A stretch of 64,000 bases of DNA, taken from NCBI GenBank assembly GCA_963664015.2, contig CAXXLF010000002.1:352001-416000 (forward strand), read 5' to 3'. Under the pieces are notes generated by a model. That model saw only the letters and a program-made list of their open reading frames with translations, was not told the DNA's origin and made no database searches. Shown piece after piece: positions 1 through 10,611 of this stretch. The translations under genes were made by a program, and so were the position numbers. The stretch is from Candidatus Binatia bacterium (GTDB taxonomy: Bacteria > Desulfobacterota > Binatia > UBA9968 > CAXXLF01). Positions within the stretch are counted from its first letter, which is position 1, and each line of letters begins with the position of its first letter.

Positions 1-1311
1 GTCCTCGCAGCCCAGATTAGCGAGTGGGGTGGCGTTGCCGTAACGCTGGCTAGTGTGAGAGATAACCCATCGGATCTGAAACGGGCATTACGAGAAGCCT
101 TAGAAAACCATCACATGGTCGCCATAATTGCGGGGTCATCCGCGGGGGAGTATGATTTCACAGCTCAGATTGTCGCCGAAGAGGGCGAACTTTTGGTCCA
201 TGGAATGGACGTCATGCCTGGTAAACCGGCGGTGCTTGGCTCCGTCCAAGGGAGGCCTGTAATCGGTATCCCCGGATATCCCGTCTCCGCGATCGTGGTT
301 GCTCGGGAAATCTTGCAGCCGGCCCTGACAACCTTTCTTCGCTCCAGCCCGTCACCTCCCCTCAAGGTTAGAGTGTCCGTACCCAAGAAACTCGCTTCAC
401 ATCTGGGGTTGGAAGAGTTTGTTCGGGTCAACCTAGGACGTGTCTCCGGCAAACTAATTGCTGTCCCTTTGAGACGCGGAGCTGGCGTTATAACGACCAT
501 GGTTCAGGCTGACGGTCTATTGCGGATTCCAAGTCTTACGGAAGGGATCAACGCCGGTGAAGAGGTCGAAGTCGAGCTATTGCGAACGACCGATGAGATA
601 GACAATACCATTCTTTGCACGGGTAGTCACGACCTATCCATTGGGGTCCTCGATGACCAGCTCAAGCTACACCATCCCGGACTTAAGATTGCGACGACCA
701 ACGTGGGAAGCCTCGGCGGACTATTTTCGCTGCAACGGAGCGAAACCCATTTGGCCGGAACCCATCTGCTGGACCCCGAAAGCGGCACATACAATATCCC
801 TGATATTAAACGAATACTGCCACGGCTCCCGGTAACACTGGTTCACTTGACCCAAAGGGAGCAGGGCCTTATCCTGCAGCCAGGTAACCCAAAAGGGATC
901 CAAGACTTAAAAGGTCTCGCGACCAAGGGAGTCCGATTTATCAACCGCCAGCTCGGCTCAGGGACTAGGGTTTTGCTCGAATTCGAACTCAAGCGATTGA
1001 AGATCGCCCCCCAATCCATCGGAGGCTACGATCGTGAGGAGTTCACCCATATGGGCGTCGCCGTCGCCATCGCCAGTGGGTTAGCCGACGTCGGACTGGG
1101 CGTACGTTCCGCGGCCAAGGCCCTGGAATTAGAGTTTATCCCAGTCGGACAAGAACAGTACGATTTACTTTTTCTACGTTCCTTTTTCGATTCGGAAAAA
1201 GGACAACTCTTGTTGGGTATCCTAGATTCCGATGGCCTGCGCAACGCCGTCGAAGCCCTTGGCGGCTACGACGCCAGCACCAGCGGAGAGATTTTATACA
1301 CACAGGGTTGA
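1..1311 (+). CDS. moeA: Molybdopterin molybdo/tungstotransferase MoeA fused to C-terminal PBP-like domain (5' truncated by window edge)
   Basis: Frame open from base 1; GSSAG, PGKP, GIPGYPVSA MoeA motifs; then GSHD, GSLGGL, FINRQLGSGTR PBP-like domain. Confidence 0.92.
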   Translation, partial: VLAAQISEWGGVAVTLASVRDNPSDLKRALREALENHHMVAIIAGSSAGEYDFTAQIVAEEGELLVHGMDVMPGKPAVLGSVQGRPVIGIPGYPVSAIVVAREILQPALTTFLRSSPSPPLKVRVSVPKKLASHLGLEEFVRVNLGRVSGKLIAVPLRRGAGVITTMVQADGLLRIPSLTEGINAGEEVEVELLRTTDEIDNTILCTGSHDLSIGVLDDQLKLHHPGLKIATTNVGSLGGLFSLQRSETHLAGTHLLDPESGTYNIPDIKRILPRLPVTLVHLTQREQGLILQPGNPKGIQDLKGLATKGVRFINRQLGSGTRVLLEFELKRLKIAPQSIGGYDREEFTHMGVAVAIASGLADVGLGVRSAAKALELEFIPVGQEQYDLLFLRSFFDSEKGQLLLGILDSDGLRNAVEALGGYDASTSGEILYTQG

Positions 1312-1376
1312 GCTCCATTTCTTCCCTGCTCTTCCTGGATACTACCCACTGGGACTCCATCGAAAGGGACATTCAG

Positions 1377-2329
1377 ATGAGTGATACTTTCAAGCTCAAA
1401 ATGACCGTGACATCAAAAGGGCGAACGGTCATTGCAGGAAGAATTATATCGGGTTCTTACGACCTTATACTGGGAACCGGAGGCTCAACCCTGACCCTGG
1501 TGGTCGGCAGCGGTGACTCGGGAATCGGCGGAATCGGTATCCCAATGGTCGTCGGTAATAACAAAATTGACTTTGGCTTTTGCAACCCCGCTGGATTAGG
1601 TCGCATGGCATTGCTGGGGAGAGGCTTTTACAAATGTAAATTCGACTTCAGAACAATCGGTGTATTCCCGTCCTGGGACCGGCTGGTCTTCGCCGTGCAT
1701 AAGGATTCGGGAATCGATTCCCTGGCGGATATTAAGCGACAAAGAATCCCCCTTCGCATCTCCACCCGATATTCAGGAAAATACCGTGGCAGCATGGTTG
1801 CCATTGAAGAAGTTTGCAAAGATTATGGATTCACCCTTTCGGACATTGAGAAGTGGGGTGGAAGGATGCTCCCAATAACTCGACCCAGCTCAAAGGAACG
1901 GCCCAGCACATTGACGAAGGCCAAGTGGATGCCGTTTTTGACGAGAGAATTAAGAACTTGGGCGCACGGGCATTGAACTTGGGTATGGCGTTTCTACCTA
2001 TTGAAGAAAATATTTTAAAAAAGATGGAAAGGATCGGTATGCCCCGGGCGGAGTTGACACCTGAGACCTTTTCCAAACTGAAGCGAAGTCTAACAACTCT
2101 CGATTTCAGCGGGTGGCTCTTCTTTTGCCACCGTGGGGTATCGAGCCAGATGACCTATGCGATAGCCAAAGCCATCGACCTTGAGCATACGAGTATTCCG
2201 GTTGATTATGCCGATGGTCGAAGCATGACCATGGAGGAGTTCTGCGGTGGCTGCGAGGCAGGTCCCCTAACACTCCCCTTGCATCCCGGAGCAAAGCGGT
2301 TTTACCGGAAAAAGGGATACCTCACTTAA
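1377..2329 (+). pseudogene. TAXI-family TRAP solute-binding protein, single frameshift near 1900
   Basis: ORFs 1308-1976 and 1853-2329 join (KER-AQHIDEGQVDAVFDE) if one G is added at the GG at 1900-1901; C-terminal PLHPGAKRFY is the TAXI signature. May be a sequencing error. Confidence 0.8.
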
Positions 2330-4219
2330 TCAGTCCAGTTGCCCCCACTCTTTGAATTCCTCCATTCCCAGCTTGGTGAGCGTATCCATAAAGGGACGTC
2401 CGGTCTTGGGGTGCCTGCCTGACAGACTGTAGTATTCGTGAATCATGTCGGGAAGCCATTTGGCTATGGTAAATCCCTGGTATTTGCCGTCAGGAACAGG
2501 CTCCAGGAATCGGGGTCCCACGTTTTTCCAATCTTCCTCCACGCTCCACCCCCTTTGGACCGCGAATACGCTCTGAAGGACCGCGCTTCGGTGTCCTGCT
2601 TCAAGGGCCTGATCCAGGTTGAAATCCCACCCGGTTGTAGCGTTTAGCGAGTCCACGATGCTGTTCAGCCCATCCGGTTTAAAGACATTCACCGCAAACC
2701 AGCAGCCTCCCATGAGTCCTGTGAACTGGCGATGCCATTCGGACACCACCTGAGACCATGGCCATCCGTGGGGGTCATCCCTATCCAGAGGTCCCCATTT
2801 TTCTCTAAATTTCAGATCAGGGGGCGGGTTAACTGACCCACCGCCTTGCGGCTTCATACCACCGCTGGCTACCAGCTCCCGCAGCATTTGACCGAAGTGA
2901 GGCCGCCAATCATGCATGGCAGGAGTCCCCTTTTTCGTATGGACAACCCATTGGGGGGCATCTCCCCCGATAGCCTCAGCCACTTCAGTGGGTCCGTCGG
3001 CCAAGAGATTACCCCACCGCCCTTCCCGGTGGGCGGCCATATCTAACAGCCGGGCTATGGTTTCAACATTGCCCCATTCGAAACGCAGTCCTTCCGTTTG
3101 GTCCGGACCCAGTAGCCCCTTCTCCCACGCCTCGAAGGCTACCCCAACGCCGCAGGAAAAATGACTGCATTCGATGCCCAGGTCATTGATCTTTTCCGCG
3201 AGGTAAAGCACATCGTTACCCTTCACGCCCAGATTATAGAAGGAATCTAACCACTCGCTCCCCGCGTTAAAATGACCCAGCACACCAGGATGGGCCCCCT
3301 CCATAAGCTCCACGTCCCACGGACACATGCGCGCGCATTGGAAACAAGGTCTTAAAGTAATTCGGTTCTTGTCGAACCCCCAAGCGTCCTTGGCACCGAT
3401 AAGAGTGCTACGAAAGTTCAAATTGGGGAGAGCCTCCAAATGTTCGGCGTGACCGACGTTGCGTTTTTTATCCGGTGTATACGGCGCTAGAGTATTACGC
3501 CATCGCAACCCACACTCGATCAGCTTTTTTTTGTCGTGAAGCGGGGGTCTTCTCGTTCCGGATACGACAATGGCCTTAAGCTTCTTTGCACCAAAGAGGG
3601 CTCCTCCGCTGTGGGAGGCACTATGATTGTAGTCATTGGCCAGCATGGCTGCACTGTTAAGGTTTTCACCGGCGGGCCCAGTACAAAGCACCTTGGCGTC
3701 TTTTATACCGACTTCATCTCTTAGACGATCTTCCGTTTCCCTTGTCCCTTTGCCCCAAACCTTGCTGGCATCCCGAAACTCCACCTGGCCATCATTGATA
3801 AATAAATATGTGGGTCTCTTTGCCACACCTTCAACGATGACCCCATCATAGCCGGACGCTTTCAGATAAGTCCCCCAAAAGCCACTCGAGGCACCCCGTC
3901 CCAAAGTGTGCCCCGTCAGGGGACTAAGGAAAATAGCAGTCACCTTGGTCCCACCGGGAGTCAGACCGGTTCCCGTAATGGGTCCTGTCATCAACACCAT
4001 CTTGCTTTCAGGGCCTAGAGGCTTGGCATCGAGGGGGAGTTCATGGAGGAGGATGTAGAGCGCAAGGGCCTGCCCACCAATGAATTTTTTCAGGACCGGT
4101 TCTTCCGGAAGGTTTTCATCCTTGGTTGTCCCCGACGTCAGGTTCACCCGCAGGATCTTGCCCATATATCCCCCCGGTAGGAGAGTCTTTCGTTCCCGAG
4201 GAAAGATGTCAGCCATCAT
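2330..4219 (-). CDS. Aldehyde:ferredoxin oxidoreductase family (W/Mo-bispterin) protein
   Basis: GGYMGKILRVNL, GPAGEN, GAKKLKAI, CFQCARMC motifs; start placed after GAAAGGA SD. Confidence 0.9.
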   Translation of the reverse strand: MMADIFPRERKTLLPGGYMGKILRVNLTSGTTKDENLPEEPVLKKFIGGQALALYILLHELPLDAKPLGPESKMVLMTGPITGTGLTPGGTKVTAIFLSPLTGHTLGRGASSGFWGTYLKASGYDGVIVEGVAKRPTYLFINDGQVEFRDASKVWGKGTRETEDRLRDEVGIKDAKVLCTGPAGENLNSAAMLANDYNHSASHSGGALFGAKKLKAIVVSGTRRPPLHDKKKLIECGLRWRNTLAPYTPDKKRNVGHAEHLEALPNLNFRSTLIGAKDAWGFDKNRITLRPCFQCARMCPWDVELMEGAHPGVLGHFNAGSEWLDSFYNLGVKGNDVLYLAEKINDLGIECSHFSCGVGVAFEAWEKGLLGPDQTEGLRFEWGNVETIARLLDMAAHREGRWGNLLADGPTEVAEAIGGDAPQWVVHTKKGTPAMHDWRPHFGQMLRELVASGGMKPQGGGSVNPPPDLKFREKWGPLDRDDPHGWPWSQVVSEWHRQFTGLMGGCWFAVNVFKPDGLNSIVDSLNATTGWDFNLDQALEAGHRSAVLQSVFAVQRGWSVEEDWKNVGPRFLEPVPDGKYQGFTIAKWLPDMIHEYYSLSGRHPKTGRPFMDTLTKLGMEEFKEWGQLD

Positions 4220-4233
4220 AGACATAATCCTTT

Positions 4234-5058
4234 CTAACCCTGCATTTTCCGGGGCCAGTAGCGATAGAGCAAACGCCTTGGATGAATCACCGCGAGATAA
4301 AGGGCCCGTAACTTCCCTTTGATGCCGCATCGCGGGGTAAACAGGTCCTTGATCATGAGGCCCACCGGGATCCTATGCTTCGGATACTTCTCGCTGCCCA
4401 CCGGGCGAACGCCGTATTCCTCTCTCTTTTCTTTTAAAACGTACACGACCTGGGTACCACCAGCCTCGTTTCCCCCATAGAGGTAACCTCCAACTTCATC
4501 TGCACGGTCCTTCGCCTTCGTGGACATATCCTCCGTGAGGCCAAAGTCGAGAGCGTCGACGGGGCAGGCCTGAACACAGAAAGGGTCTTTATCTTCCTGG
4601 ATCCGGTCACTGCACATGGTGCACTTGGCGGCTTTCTGGGAAGTCGCATCTTTGGAGATGACACTTTTGATGTCGTTCTCAGTCAGCGCGCCCCATGGAC
4701 AGGCATAGATACAGTACTCGCAGCCAATACACACCTCTTGATCGATAACGACAGGTCCTTCTTCGTATTTGGTGATGGCCTCGACGGGACAGACCGCAGC
4801 ACACATGGGAAACTCGCAGTGCATGCAGCTACTCCTGGCCCAAACGGGAGACAGCCCTTCGAGTACCGGGGGATCCATATTGATCCAGGTCGTGCTGGAC
4901 ATCTCATACACACTCGTACGCGGATGGTCGTTCCAGTCCTTACACGCATGGACGCACTGACGGCAGCCGATACACTTGGTAGCATCGAAAAGAATACTCC
5001 GGGGTTTACCGTCAATCAGTTTTCCCGTGGGGATAAGATTTCCGTATTTGTTACTCAT
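4234..5058 (-). CDS. 4Fe-4S dicluster electron-transfer protein (FdnH/DmsB-like)
   Basis: CIGCRQCVHAC, CMHCEFPMCAAVCP, CIGCEYCIYACP, KCTMC..CVQACP, YG..EAGGT. Confidence 0.92.
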   Translation of the reverse strand: MSNKYGNLIPTGKLIDGKPRSILFDATKCIGCRQCVHACKDWNDHPRTSVYEMSSTTWINMDPPVLEGLSPVWARSSCMHCEFPMCAAVCPVEAITKYEEGPVVIDQEVCIGCEYCIYACPWGALTENDIKSVISKDATSQKAAKCTMCSDRIQEDKDPFCVQACPVDALDFGLTEDMSTKAKDRADEVGGYLYGGNEAGGTQVVYVLKEKREEYGVRPVGSEKYPKHRIPVGLMIKDLFTPRCGIKGKLRALYLAVIHPRRLLYRYWPRKMQG

Positions 5059-5090
5059 CAGTTAGACTCCATTTAAAGAAAAGATACATG

Positions 5091-6167
5091 TTATGCCATG
5101 TAGGGTTTAGCATGCCTGAATGCGATGGGTGTGCTCTTCAAAGGTTTAAGGGTATAGGCTGAGATCGAAAACCCGCGATCAAAACTATCCGGTGGACGAT
5201 TCCTTTCATTCTTTATATGCCCCCTCCCAGCCCCATGATCAACCCCCTGAAGGGTGAAAACAAAGTGGCCCATTTTTGGACCAGAGAGGGGATACCTGAG
5301 CTCATCGTCGTCAGGGTCGCGGTGCACAGGAGCTCCACTACCACCCCCCCCGGACAAGTGAAATGTATACGCCAGATTATTCTTATTATCCAGATAGGCG
5401 GCCCCTATAAATGCCACAGGAGTCGTCCCTAGCTTCTCGATATCGGCAACGCCAAACTTGAAGACCGGCATCTCCCCATCGATAATCTCCGGATCTAGCG
5501 GGTAATGATCATAGTAAATGGTACTGATAGCTCCTAAAAACTCCGAAAAGGGCCCTCCATACTTCACGCGAACCTCGAACTCGCCTTTGGGTTGCGTTCC
5601 CTGAGTAAGTTCTGGATATCGAATCTTCTCGGATGCCAGCGCTGGTCTTCCTTTTCCGTAGATATGCTCAACCATCTCTGCCGGTACTACAAAGATCTCG
5701 GGTACGGATTCGTAAATGACACGTAAGATCTCCTGCCGCCCGTCTAGTAAAACACGATAGGTGATTCCCTTTGGAATGACGAGAAAATCGCCCTCCCCCA
5801 CCGTGATGTCTCCGAAATCCGTTTCATACCTCATAATACCTCGGCTAGTATGATGGAGCTCGTCGGCATCGGAGTTACGGAAAAAATACGGCAGAGATTC
5901 TCTACGCCGGGAAAGCCAGACGGTCACGTCTTCACTGAAAAACAACTTTTCCGGTCCGCCATATGGGGACTCGGCATCGGGAGGCTGAATCTGTGATGTA
6001 TCGACGTACCAGTTCTGATAATTCCCATGAACGCCTTTCCAGGACATAGGATGGGATTTCCTGTAGAGGACAGAATCCCTCCCCCACTGCACTCTTCTCC
6101 CATAGTGATGCTTGACTAAATCGACCTGGTCCATTTGCTTTAGGGACAGACGCTGAGGTTTACTCAT
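5091..6167 (-). CDS. Homogentisate 1,2-dioxygenase-like cupin (divergent)
   Basis: FFRNSDADEL..ETDFG..GDFLVIPKGITYRV resembles the HmgA N-domain; HRDPDDDE..HG gives candidate Fe ligands. Confidence 0.7.
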   Translation of the reverse strand: MSKPQRLSLKQMDQVDLVKHHYGRRVQWGRDSVLYRKSHPMSWKGVHGNYQNWYVDTSQIQPPDAESPYGGPEKLFFSEDVTVWLSRRRESLPYFFRNSDADELHHTSRGIMRYETDFGDITVGEGDFLVIPKGITYRVLLDGRQEILRVIYESVPEIFVVPAEMVEHIYGKGRPALASEKIRYPELTQGTQPKGEFEVRVKYGGPFSEFLGAISTIYYDHYPLDPEIIDGEMPVFKFGVADIEKLGTTPVAFIGAAYLDNKNNLAYTFHLSGGGGSGAPVHRDPDDDELRYPLSGPKMGHFVFTLQGVDHGAGRGHIKNERNRPPDSFDRGFSISAYTLKPLKSTPIAFRHAKPYMA

Positions 6168-6228
6168 TTTTCTTCCTCCTCATTGCCCCCTCGCAATTCC
6201 ATTGGGTTAATACAACCTTCCTTGTAAC

Positions 6229-6930
6229 TTATAGGTATTTCTTTAGAAACTCCAAGGTCCTCGGCCAAGAAATACGATCCGCATCGGCCCGGTATGATTC
6301 GGCATCAAAATTCATAAAGGCGTGTCCCGCCCCCGAATAGGAGTAGAAATCATGGGCCTTCCCGTATTTGGTGAGCTCAGCATCAAGTTTACGTACATCA
6401 TCGGGGGATGGGTTGACATCGTCGGTTCCAAAGTGGCCGAGCACAGGGCAGTTGATCTGCGGCGTACGCTCGAAAGGGGACGGCCCACCACCACGAGCGG
6501 CGAAAAGCCCCCCTCCGTAGTAGGACACACAGACCTTGAACTCGGGATTTACACCGGCCATTAGGTAAGCAACTCGCCCTCCCTGACAAAAGCCGACGAT
6601 GCCTATCCTGTTCGCCCGAACATAAGGAAGCCCCTTGAGAAAATCGACTGAGGCATTGATATCAACCATGACGGTAGGGTCCTGCAACCGATTTGCTCGG
6701 GTAGGCCCCTCATCCTGGCAATCGGGACCGTCCCGATGATAAATTTCTGGGGCTACGGCAACGTACCCCATCAAAGCGAGACGGTTGGTCATTTCCTTGA
6801 CGAACCCGTCGATACCTTCCCGGTGTTGAGCCACAACAATACCGGGGAAAGGGCCTTCACCATCCGGTCGGCTTACAAACAGACCCATGGTTCCATTCTC
6901 AACCTTTACCTGCTCCCACTTTGATTCCAT
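6229..6930 (-). CDS. Dienelactone hydrolase family protein
   Basis: GFCQGG nucleophile, D in GTDD, YSGAGHAF. Confidence 0.92.
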   Translation of the reverse strand: MESKWEQVKVENGTMGLFVSRPDGEGPFPGIVVAQHREGIDGFVKEMTNRLALMGYVAVAPEIYHRDGPDCQDEGPTRANRLQDPTVMVDINASVDFLKGLPYVRANRIGIVGFCQGGRVAYLMAGVNPEFKVCVSYYGGGLFAARGGGPSPFERTPQINCPVLGHFGTDDVNPSPDDVRKLDAELTKYGKAHDFYSYSGAGHAFMNFDAESYRADADRISWPRTLEFLKKYL

Positions 6931-6982
6931 GAAAAATTAGTCTCCTGTGATGCCTATCATCAAAATGCGGGATTAGTTTAAA

Positions 6983-7729
6983 CTAGGAATCCCGACAAAT
7001 CGCCGACTCGGGTCTCTTGGCACAGAACTCGCCTAACTGCCGTTTACGGTCCTTAGACATCTGATTGGCCTGGTCAAGAAGTTTACCGATCTCGCGCTTA
7101 CGTTCGTCTTCAAGCTCATTAGCACGGGCAAGGGCTCGAGTCTTCTCTTCGGTCAGCTGTTGCACGACCTCACGGTACTGTTTCTGAGAGGCGGCTTCCT
7201 GTGACTTCAACACCTTCAGCACCTCAGACCATTGTTTTTCCTGTCTTTTATATTGCTCCGTAGCACGTTTCTCCTCCGCCTTTAAAGTACCAACCAGTTC
7301 TTGCCAGCGTTTGTCACTCTGCAGATCCTGACTCTGAGCATCCTTACGATCCTTTGCCAGTTCCTGAAATAAATTCTGCCATTGGTTCTTTTCCTGCTCT
7401 GCAAGATTGGCGGAGAATCGCTTCACCGAGGCCTCCAAGGCAGTTTTGTGGGCGTTGCCCATGAGCTGCGTTGCCTTTGCGGCTAGTGGCTTTTCAATGG
7501 ATTTCAACCATTTTTGCACATCCGGCAGTCGAACGTTCTGCGTCCTCGGTTTACGCTGAGATTCAATGCGGGCAGTAAGGTCTGCAAGCTTCTCCGACGA
7601 AGCCTCCTGCTCAGCAGCAATTTGTTTTAATGATATTCGAATATTAAAGGACTGCCAGGCAAGGTATCCAAAGGCGGCAATCGATACCAGCGTTATAATA
7701 ACGAAGATGATTCCCTTGTCAGAATTCAT
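6983..7729 (-). CDS. Hypothetical protein, N-terminal TM anchor plus long coiled coil
   Basis: Hydrophobic residues ~7-25, then Q/E/K-rich heptads, terminal C-x7-C. Confidence 0.7.
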   Translation of the reverse strand: MNSDKGIIFVIITLVSIAAFGYLAWQSFNIRISLKQIAAEQEASSEKLADLTARIESQRKPRTQNVRLPDVQKWLKSIEKPLAAKATQLMGNAHKTALEASVKRFSANLAEQEKNQWQNLFQELAKDRKDAQSQDLQSDKRWQELVGTLKAEEKRATEQYKRQEKQWSEVLKVLKSQEAASQKQYREVVQQLTEEKTRALARANELEDERKREIGKLLDQANQMSKDRKRQLGEFCAKRPESAICRDS

Positions 7730-7797
7730 AGGTTACCGTAATGGCTTCCTCCTCCCTCGGATAGTTTTGGCAATCTATAACGAAAAGCGCTTTACTG

Positions 7798-8295
7798 TCA
7801 ATGTTTCTGGTGCATACCGTCTGCAAAGACCATCCTTCTATGGGGGATTCCGGCCTCCATGAAACGATTCCCTACACAACGGAAGCCCATCTTTTCGTAG
7901 AATCCAATAACCAGCACCTGTGCATTGAGAAAGACTAGCTTAACTTTGTATTTCTTCGAATACGCGAGCACTCTTTTTAGCAGAATCCGACCGATTCCTT
8001 TGTTCCGAAACCGTCTAAGGACCGCCATCCGACCGATTTTGGCGTTCTCTCCCTCCAGCACTAGTCGGGCTGTACCCACCGCCCTTCCCTCCAAGGTGGC
8101 AAGAAAATGAGCGGCCCTGGTATTATCCTTGTCTAATTCAATTGCTCTTGGAACTCCCTGTTCCGCCACAAAGACGCGAAGACGAATGGAAAAGGCCTTC
8201 CGAAGATCTCCCTGAGTCGCAATTTTTCTTACACGGATTGAATGAACGATTTTGCCTCCTCTCAATCTGTAGGATCCAACCTTCGGCCTGAACAA
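7798..8295 (-). CDS. GNAT N-acetyltransferase (ElaA/YjcF-like); start uncertain
   Basis: R..VFVAEQGVP, IGRMAV..R.KGIG, LNAQ..GFYEKMGF, EAGIPH. Confidence 0.88.
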   Translation of the reverse strand: MFRPKVGSYRLRGGKIVHSIRVRKIATQGDLRKAFSIRLRVFVAEQGVPRAIELDKDNTRAAHFLATLEGRAVGTARLVLEGENAKIGRMAVLRRFRNKGIGRILLKRVLAYSKKYKVKLVFLNAQVLVIGFYEKMGFRCVGNRFMEAGIPHRRMVFADGMHQKH

Positions 8296-8305
8296 CGCTT
8301 ACAAT

Positions 8306-9720
8306 TCAATGAGCCCCGACCTGTGCCGCCTCGATTCTACCGCTGCCCCGTGACATTGAGAAGGAAAGAGCCACTAGGGCAAGGCTTGGAGCCACCCCAT
8401 GAGTAATATTGACTGCGGACACGTAAGCCAACGGATTTTCCGGATTCGGTACCGCATCAGCAACTCCCAAATAGTATTGGAACGCCAGAGATAGGAAGAG
8501 CCCACCAAGGGAAACCCCCAGCATATGACCAAGATCAAACGCCGAGTGGACCATTCCGCTGGCGAACCCCCTATCTTCCTTTGGGACAGAGCCAATCATG
8601 GCAGCTAGGTTAGCCGAATTGAAGAATGCTGTGGCGACACCGGTCAGGGATAACATGAGTGTCGGAAGAAGCCAGTGAGAGTCCTTTCGCAACAGAATCC
8701 CCACAACAAGCACCAAGATCGAGAAAAGCACTCCCAGAGAAGCGGGAATTCGAGGTCCGATCCTATCGGTCAGAGAACCGACCAACGGAGCTAAGGATAG
8801 GGTAAAAACCGGTGACGTTAAGTACATAATTTCCATGAGTGAAGGGGGGATGAACAGAATCCCTTGAATATAAAAGGGCAGCAGAAACCCAACTAGTCCT
8901 CGGGTGATGAAAAGCGCAATCAGACTGATCAAGCTAAAGGCAAACATCCGGATCCTAAACAGCGAAAGATTTATAATGGGACTGGATACTCGGTTTTCGT
9001 GGACGAGAAACCTCCCAACCACCCCTGCAAGGATAAGCCGCAGAACCCCTCGATGATTAATCCCAAAAAACTCACCCGCCCTCCGATCAAGCAAAAGGGT
9101 AAAGACAACCGTAACGGCGATCAGAAGTAGCGCTCCTTGAGAATCGATGGAACGAGGTCCATCTTTCTTTTCCGTCTCGATAACCTTTCTCCTTCCCATC
9201 AGACACAGAGTCATACATGCCAGGCCGATGGGAACCAGTAAGAAGAAGACCCCGCGCCAGCTGACATATTCGACAATAAACCCGCCAAGGGGAGGTTCAA
9301 TAAAAAACCCAGAATGAAAAGCCATGGTCATATAGCTCTGGCCTTTTCCCTCAGATCCCTCGGGTAAGGCTTCGATTGCCAACGCCCGTCCCACAGCCTG
9401 AGTCATGGCTGCACCGAATCCTGAGAAATCCCGCAAAGAAAAGCCCCTAGGGTCATGATTGCAAACCTAACCGTGTAAATCCCCCCACGCCCCTAGAGGT
9501 CCCCCAATCGACCAAATACGACCGAAAAGGAGATACTGGCTAGTTGATAAGGAAATGAGAGCCCACGAAATCCCCAGGATATCCGTCCCCAAGCTATTGG
9601 CCACGCTGGGGAGAGAAATCAAGAATATCCTTGCCGACAACCCAGCAAGGAAATTTTCCACCAACGTATTTATGAGAATCACCCATTGGACCTCCTTTTG
9701 GTTTGACCGTCATCCTTACG
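8306..9720 (-). pseudogene. DHA2-type MFS transporter, degraded 5' part
   Basis: C-terminal ORF 8306-9436 plus N-terminal pieces (9467-9682) with frameshift, in-frame TAG in GDL*GR and an internal deletion near 9420. Confidence 0.8.
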
Positions 9721-9789
9721 TTACAATCAGCTCCACTAACGAAATCTTATATGCAATATCTATCTCATGGGATTTGATTTCTCGTCCCA

Positions 9790-10362
9790 TCACGGAATCT
9801 TGGCCCCCGGTTTTTTTCCATGGTCGGTCTCCCGGTCATACCGTTCCGACCGAGCATTGTATTCCTCGATAATCTTCTGACCGAGGCGGTTGGCTGCACG
9901 CTTCAATAAAGTACAATTCTCCTTCGGCCCCATGCTGAGGATCTCCTGTTCGACTTTTTCACCAGCCTCAACGGCCAGGGCCTTATGCCCGTTTTCGTGA
10001 GCGACCAGAATCTGGTAGAAGCGGTCCCATTCCCGCTTGTCCCGAGAACCCGCATTTCCATAACCAACCCACTTGGGTAAAGTTATGGTCACGTTAATCC
10101 GCGCGGTGATGTCAATGACTTCGCAGGATCTGCTTTTGACGGTCCACCGCATATTCCATTTTACGTACCATGAGGTGTTGGCGTGGAATGCCTCCGTACC
10201 GCGGCGAATAGGGGTTTCTGCGTCCAACTCTCGCCTGAGCTATTCAATAGCATCAGCCTCGACTTCGTAATAAACTGTCTTCAGATTGATTCGGGGTGCC
10301 GCACTGGCCAGTGAGCCAATTGAGCCGATAGAATAAACCAACACCAAAGATAGCAATCGCAT
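9790..10362 (-). pseudogene. DUF922-like secreted Zn-peptidase-like protein with in-frame TAG
   Basis: Signal peptide from ATG 10362 is in frame with ORF 9790-10227 (TLPKW, HENGH, YD.ETDHG); TAG at 10240-10242. Confidence 0.75.
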
Positions 10363-10611
10363 CATGACGCCGCACATCACCCCATGGTTTCGATGAAAGC
10401 GCATTTCGTAAATTCTTGACGAAAATCCTTACCACCGATATTCCACATATAATATGACATATCATTTCATCGCAAAGAAAAACACCTGATCGATTCATTC
10501 GAAGGGACCCGGATTTTGATCAAACGGATGGCGAGATATACGATTAAGATAACGTGCAGATCCACCTATGAACAGCAATGAATGCGAGTCGCGCAAGGAA
10601 CTAAAGTTTAT

